DNA of 64,000 nt, from positions 451,647 through 515,646 of the forward strand of contig CAWFYL010000003.1 in NCBI GenBank assembly GCA_963820025.1, read 5' to 3'. The notes beneath the pieces are model-generated. The model did no database searches, had not been told where the DNA came from, and saw only the letters and a program-made list of their open reading frames with translations. The translations under genes and the position numbers were made by a program. Positions 59,556-64,000 of this stretch are shown piece after piece. The stretch's first letter is position 1; every line of letters starts with the position of its first letter. This DNA is from an uncultured Acidimicrobiia bacterium (GTDB taxonomy: Bacteria; Actinomycetota; Acidimicrobiia; IMCC26256; JAENVU01).

Positions 59556-59857
59556 GCACGGGTCGCGTCTGGCTCATCGCGTTCCTGCTGCTGCTCCTCG
59601 GTGGAGGCATCGGCCTGGGAGTCGGTGCGGCGACCGCGGACGACACGTCGACGACGACGAGCACGACGTCGACCACCGCGGCACCGACCACGTCCAGCAC
59701 GACGACGACCACGACGACCCGTCCGCGCATCTCGACGACGGTGACCCTCCCGACCACCACGACGACCGCGGCGCCGCCCGGCTCCACGAGCACGACCAGC
59801 TCGACCACGACCACGTCGTCCACGACGTCGACCACGACGACAACCACCCGCCCCTGA
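59552..59857 (+). CDS. Small membrane-anchored Thr/Ser-rich protein
   Basis: N-terminal TM then a poly-Thr tract; ATGA overlap. Confidence 0.6.
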   Translation: MSTGRVWLIAFLLLLLGGGIGLGVGAATADDTSTTTSTTSTTAAPTTSSTTTTTTTRPRISTTVTLPTTTTTAAPPGSTSTTSSTTTTSSTTSTTTTTTRP

Positions 59858-59862
59858 GCTCG

Positions 59863-59910
59863 TTTCGGCGTGACTTCGCGTCGTCAGGGCAACGCGAACT
59901 CACGCCGAAA
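59863..59910. repeat. 48-bp REP-like palindrome
   Basis: TTTCGGCGTGACTTCGCGT...ACGCGAACTCACGCCGAAA, same family as 27921-27968. Confidence 0.8.
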
Positions 59911-60016
59911 CGGGTACTTGCCGCAGCGAAGGACCGCCTGCGGCCGTCGGTCGACCGCAGTCCGGCAGTCGGCCGCAGGAGATCTTCGAAAAGGCAGCCG
60001 CAGGAGGTCTTGAGAA

Positions 60017-61606
60017 TCAGGAGAGCGCGACGAGGTCCAGGAGGTCGTCGGACCAGTAGTCGAGATCACCCTCGGGCATGAGCAGCACCCGTTGGGGCTC
60101 GAGCGACTCGACGAACTCGGCGTCGTGGCTCACGAGGACGATCGCGCCGGGCCAGGTCCGCAGTGCCCGGCCGATCGCGTCGCGTGACGGCGGGTCGAGG
60201 TTGTTCGTCGGCTCGTCGAGGAGCAACAGGTTGTGCTTGCCCGCGACGAGCTGGGCCAGCGCGAGCTTGGTCTTCTCGCCTCCCGATAGCGTGCCCGCGT
60301 CCTGGAACGCGATATCGCCGGACAAGCCGAACGTGCCGAGCAGCGTACGCAGCTGCTGGGGCGGGAGGCCTGCGGCGTCGCTCAGCAGGCCGAGGACCTC
60401 GCTGCCCGCGGTGATGCCCTCGTGCTCCTGCGCGTAGTAGCCCGCGGAGACGTTGTGCCCGAGGTCGACCGTTCCCGCGTCCGCGGTGGTGTGCCCGGCG
60501 AGGATGCGCATCAGGGTGGTCTTGCCCGCGCCGTTGAGGCCCATGACGAGCAGCCGCTCGCCCCGGCCGACCGTGAACTCGACGTCGGTGAAGACAGGAG
60601 GCCCGCCGTAGCCCTTCGTGAGCCCGTCCACGGTCAGCACCACGTTGCCGGCGCGCGGTGGGTCCGGGAACCTCACTGCGATCTGCTTCTCGCGCTTCGG
60701 CCCGGTGACGCGCTCCTTCTGGAGCTTGCTCACCCGCGTGTCGAAGGCCTTCGCCGTCTTCGCCCGCTTCGCGCTCTGGCCGCGCATCGAGTCGGCGAGG
60801 GTGCGGAGCCGGTCGATCTCGGCGCCCTGGCGCGTCGCGAGCCGGGCGAGACGCTCCTCGTCGGCCGCGCGCGCGGTGACGTACTGGGAGTAGGTGCCGC
60901 GGTACTCGGTGAGGACGCCGTCGTGCAGGTGCAGGACCCGGGTGATCGACGAGTCGAGCAGCTCGAGGTCGTGGCTCACGACGAGCAGCGCGCCGCGGTA
61001 CTGACGCAGGAACCCGACGAGCCACTCCTTCGCGTCGTTGTCCAGGTGGTTCGTGGGCTCGTCGAGCAGGAGCAGCTCGCTGCCCGCGAACAGGATGCGC
61101 GCGAGCTCGACGCGCCGGCGCTCACCGCCCGAGAGCGCGTCGATCGGGAGATCGAGCCGGCCCTCGGTGAGTCCGAGCCCGGCCGCGATCCGCCGGACCT
61201 CCGAGTCGGCCGCATACCCACCGGCATCGCGGAACTCCTCCTCGGCGCGCGCGAACTTCGCGACGTCCTTGTCGGTCGGGTGCTCCTCGATGCGCAGGCG
61301 CAGCTTCTCCACCCGCTGCGCCGCGGCGTCCAGCCCCCGGCCCGAGAGCACGTGCGAGAGCGCGGTGTTGTCGATGCCCGAGCCCCGCGGCTGCGGGTTC
61401 TGCGGCAGGTAGCCGAGCTCGTCCGAGCGCAGGACCACGCCGCCGGCGGCCGGCCCTTCACCGGCGATGACCTTGAGCATCGTGGTCTTGCCGGTGCCGT
61501 TCCGGCCGACCAGCCCGACCTTGTCCCCGGCGCGCAGCTTGAAGGACGCGCCCTCGAGCGTGACCCGGTTCCCGATCTCGATGCGGAGGTCGCGGACCTG
61601 CAACAT
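60017..61606 (-). CDS. ABC-F family ATPase
   Basis: Two NBDs (GRNGTGKTT, GLNGAGKTT), LLDEPTN twice, no TM segments. Confidence 0.9.
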   Translation of the reverse strand: MLQVRDLRIEIGNRVTLEGASFKLRAGDKVGLVGRNGTGKTTMLKVIAGEGPAAGGVVLRSDELGYLPQNPQPRGSGIDNTALSHVLSGRGLDAAAQRVEKLRLRIEEHPTDKDVAKFARAEEEFRDAGGYAADSEVRRIAAGLGLTEGRLDLPIDALSGGERRRVELARILFAGSELLLLDEPTNHLDNDAKEWLVGFLRQYRGALLVVSHDLELLDSSITRVLHLHDGVLTEYRGTYSQYVTARAADEERLARLATRQGAEIDRLRTLADSMRGQSAKRAKTAKAFDTRVSKLQKERVTGPKREKQIAVRFPDPPRAGNVVLTVDGLTKGYGGPPVFTDVEFTVGRGERLLVMGLNGAGKTTLMRILAGHTTADAGTVDLGHNVSAGYYAQEHEGITAGSEVLGLLSDAAGLPPQQLRTLLGTFGLSGDIAFQDAGTLSGGEKTKLALAQLVAGKHNLLLLDEPTNNLDPPSRDAIGRALRTWPGAIVLVSHDAEFVESLEPQRVLLMPEGDLDYWSDDLLDLVALS

Positions 61607-61647
61607 GTGCCCATGGTCGCACGGGCCCCCTGATCCTCCCGCGCGGT

Positions 61648-61692
61648 TTGCGACCCGGGGCGTCGGGGCTATCATGGTTACTCGGTAGTAAC
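61648..61692 (+). promoter_or_regulatory. Sigma70-type promoter and palindromic operator of the acyl-CoA dehydrogenase
   Basis: TTGCGA-16-TATCAT followed by GTTACT-CGGT-AGTAAC (61677-61692). Confidence 0.6.
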
Positions 61693-61734
61693 TTGAGTGT
61701 CCACCACCGGCAGGGTCAGTCCAAGGAGACCGGA

Positions 61735-62959
61735 ATGAGCGATTTCTCGCTGGATCTCAACGAGGACCAGCTGCAGATGCAGAAGTGGGTCCACGACTTC
61801 GCGGAGAACGTCATCCGCCCCGTCGCCGCCGAGTACGACGAGAAGGAGGAGACGCCCTGGCCCGTCATCCAGGAGGCGGCCAACATCGGCCTGTACTCCC
61901 AGGAGGCGATGACCAGCTTCTTCAGCGACCCGACCGGCCTGACGTTCCCGATCATCAGCGAGGAGCTCACCTGGGGCTGCGCCGGCATCGCGCTCGCGAT
62001 CTTCGGCACCACCCTCGGGGTCTCCGGCATCCTCGGCAGCGGCACGCCCGAGCAGATCGGCGAGTGGATCCCGCAGTGCTTCGGCACCCCGGACGACATC
62101 CACCTCGCGGCGTTCGCGGTCACCGAGCCCGACGCCGGGTCGGACGTGAGCAGCCTGCGCACCCGTGCCGTCTACGACGAGGCCAAGGACGAGTGGGTGA
62201 TCAACGGGGTGAAGACCTGGATCACGAACGGGGGGATCGACAAGGTCCCGACGGTGCACGTCGTCGTCGCGTCGGTCGAGCCGGAGCTGAAGGCGCGTGG
62301 CCACGCGAGCTTCGTGATCCCGCCGGGCACGCCCGGTCTCAAGATGGGCCAGAAGTTCCAGAAGATGGGGATCCGCGCGAGCCACACCGCGGAGGTCGTC
62401 CTCGACGACGTGCGCGTCCCCGGCTCGTGCCTGCTCGGCGGCAAGGAGAAGCTCGACGAGCGCTTCGCCCGGGCCCGTGAGGGCAAGCACAACCGGGTCC
62501 AGGCCGCGATGAGCACGTTCGAGGCGAGCCGGCCGCTCGTCGGCGCGCAGGCGCTCGGCATCGCGCGGGCCGCGTACGAGTACGCGCTCGACTACGCGAA
62601 GGAGCGGAAGGCCTTCGGCCGGGCGATCATCGAGAACCAGGCGATCGCGTTCAAGCTCGCCGACATGAAGATGGAGATCGACGCGTCCCGCCTGCTCGTC
62701 TATCGGGCGTGCTGGATGGCTCGCAACGGCAAGCAGTTCGTCGCTGGCGAGGGCTCGATGAGCAAGCTCAAGGCCGGCGAGGTGGCGGTCTGGGCGACCG
62801 AGCAGGCGATCCAGATCCTCGGCGGCTACGGCTACGTGCGCGACTACCCGGTCGAGAAGTGGCACCGCGAACGCGAAGATCTACACGATCTTCGAAGGCA
62901 CCTCTGAGATCCAGCGCCTGGTCATCGCTAGGGCCATCTCTGGCGTGCATATCAAGTAG
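61735..62959 (+). CDS. Acyl-CoA dehydrogenase (frameshift near 62875)
   Basis: AVTEPDAGSD, NG.KTWIT and QILGGYGY; removing one A restores RDAKIYTIFEGTSEIQR. Confidence 0.9.
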
Positions 62960-62969
62960 TCGCCAGTCC

Positions 62970-63013
62970 GTAGGGTTCGCCTGATTCGGGCGTCTATCCC
63001 TACTCATCCCTAC
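62970..63013. promoter_or_regulatory. Candidate integrase arm-type binding sites
   Basis: ATCCCTAC at 62996-63003 and 63006-63013, inverted GTAGGG at 62970-62975. Confidence 0.5.
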
Positions 63014-63033
63014 AACTGCTACGGTCGCCTGCG

Positions 63034-64000
63034 ATGGCGACAGTGCGCGAGCGCAAACCAGGGGTCTGGGAAGTCCGGGTCTTCACCGGACGGAACGCGC
63101 ACGGCCGACCGACCCAGGTGAGCCGCACCGTGCGCGGTGGCAAGCGGGATGCTCAGCGGGTCGCGGCGCAGCTCGAAGCGCGTCCACCCTCCAACGCCGC
63201 GGGTCGCACGGTCGCCGACGTCCTGGCCGCGTGGCGCGAGGTCAACCAGGACGTCTGGTCCGAGGCAACGCGGCGCGACTGCGAGCCGCGCCGACCGGGT
63301 GGCCGAGGACGCTATCGGCCGGATTGCAGTTGCCCGACTCGGTGTAGGCGATGTCGAGCGGTGGCACGCCCGCATGCGCCGAGCGCACGTCGGAGAAGCC
63401 GCGATCCGCAGCCGCCATTCCGTCCTCCGCGCTTCCCTGGCGCAGGCCGTGCGCTGGGGTTGGGTTGCGGTGAACGTCGGGAGCGCTGCTCGCCTGCGTC
63501 GCTCGAAGAAAGCGCCCCGTGCCGCGATGACTGCAGACGAGGTCCGTGCGGTCATCGCGGCGGCGCGCGAGATCGACCCGGCCGCCGCGTTGGCGTTGCG
63601 ACTCGCCGCGGTTGCAGGGGCTCGCCGTGGGGAGCTCGCCGCGTTGCGATGGGACGACCTGGAGATCGCCACCGGCCGTCTGACGATTGACAGCAGCGTC
63701 GAGGTGATCCGCGCCGGCGATGGGGGCGCCCCGACGCTGCAGGACGCGCCCACCAAGACCGGCGACCGGCGGCTTGTGCGGCTCGACCCGATGACGCTCG
63801 CAGAGGTGGTCGCGCTTCGAGCTGCGCATCAGGACATCAGCCCGTACATGTTCTCGCTGACGCTCGGACCCCCGAACCCCGATCGCATCGGCTGGTGGTG
63901 GCAGCGCGCGCGGAAGCTGTCTGGCATCGACCCGCGCTGGCGTCTGCACGATCTCCGCCACTGGACTGCGACGACTGCGATCACGAGTGGTCACGATGTT
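63034..64000 (+). CDS. int: Tyrosine integrase, runs off the window; frameshift near 63283
   Basis: Arm-binding-like N-terminus (VWEVRV), then GARRGEL, TKT and LHDLRH in the second frame. Confidence 0.9.

Noticed and set aside
59640-59850. ACGACC/ACGACG microsatellite-like tract
   Set aside because: It encodes the poly-Thr stalk of a small membrane protein; similar tracts occur near 16110-16150.
59981-59999. GATCTTCGAAAAGGCAGCC resembles the proposed att core GATCTTCGAAGGCACC
   Set aside because: Only 10 contiguous bases match, it lies on the host side, and no arm repeats are nearby; likely chance.

Overview
High-GC actinobacterial chromosome segment. Gene content and leaderless-style promoters fit Acidimicrobiia or a related lineage (inference). 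It is mostly lipid, amine and sulfate-ester catabolic genes: aguAB, two sphingosine-1-phosphate-lyase-like enzymes, an FGGY kinase, two sulfatases, amidohydrolases, SDRs, an acyl-CoA ligase, dehydrogenase and hydratase, and a desaturase. There is also a Liv-type ABC importer, a fused ABC exporter with MarR, an ABC-F protein and an Erm(37)-like methylase. Mobile DNA: one complete IS30-family element (12622-13857) sitting inside a short palindromic repeat, and at the right edge a tyrosine integrase directly after an acyl-CoA dehydrogenase whose 3' end looks element-supplied (candidate att site in a protein-coding gene). Intergenic gaps carry several 47-49 bp REP-like palindromes and an ~85 bp element with terminal inverted repeats. 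About 13 small frameshifts interrupt 11 coding regions, most likely sequencing error. No rRNA, tRNA or CRISPR array was seen. All family assignments are by eye from motifs; no searches were run.
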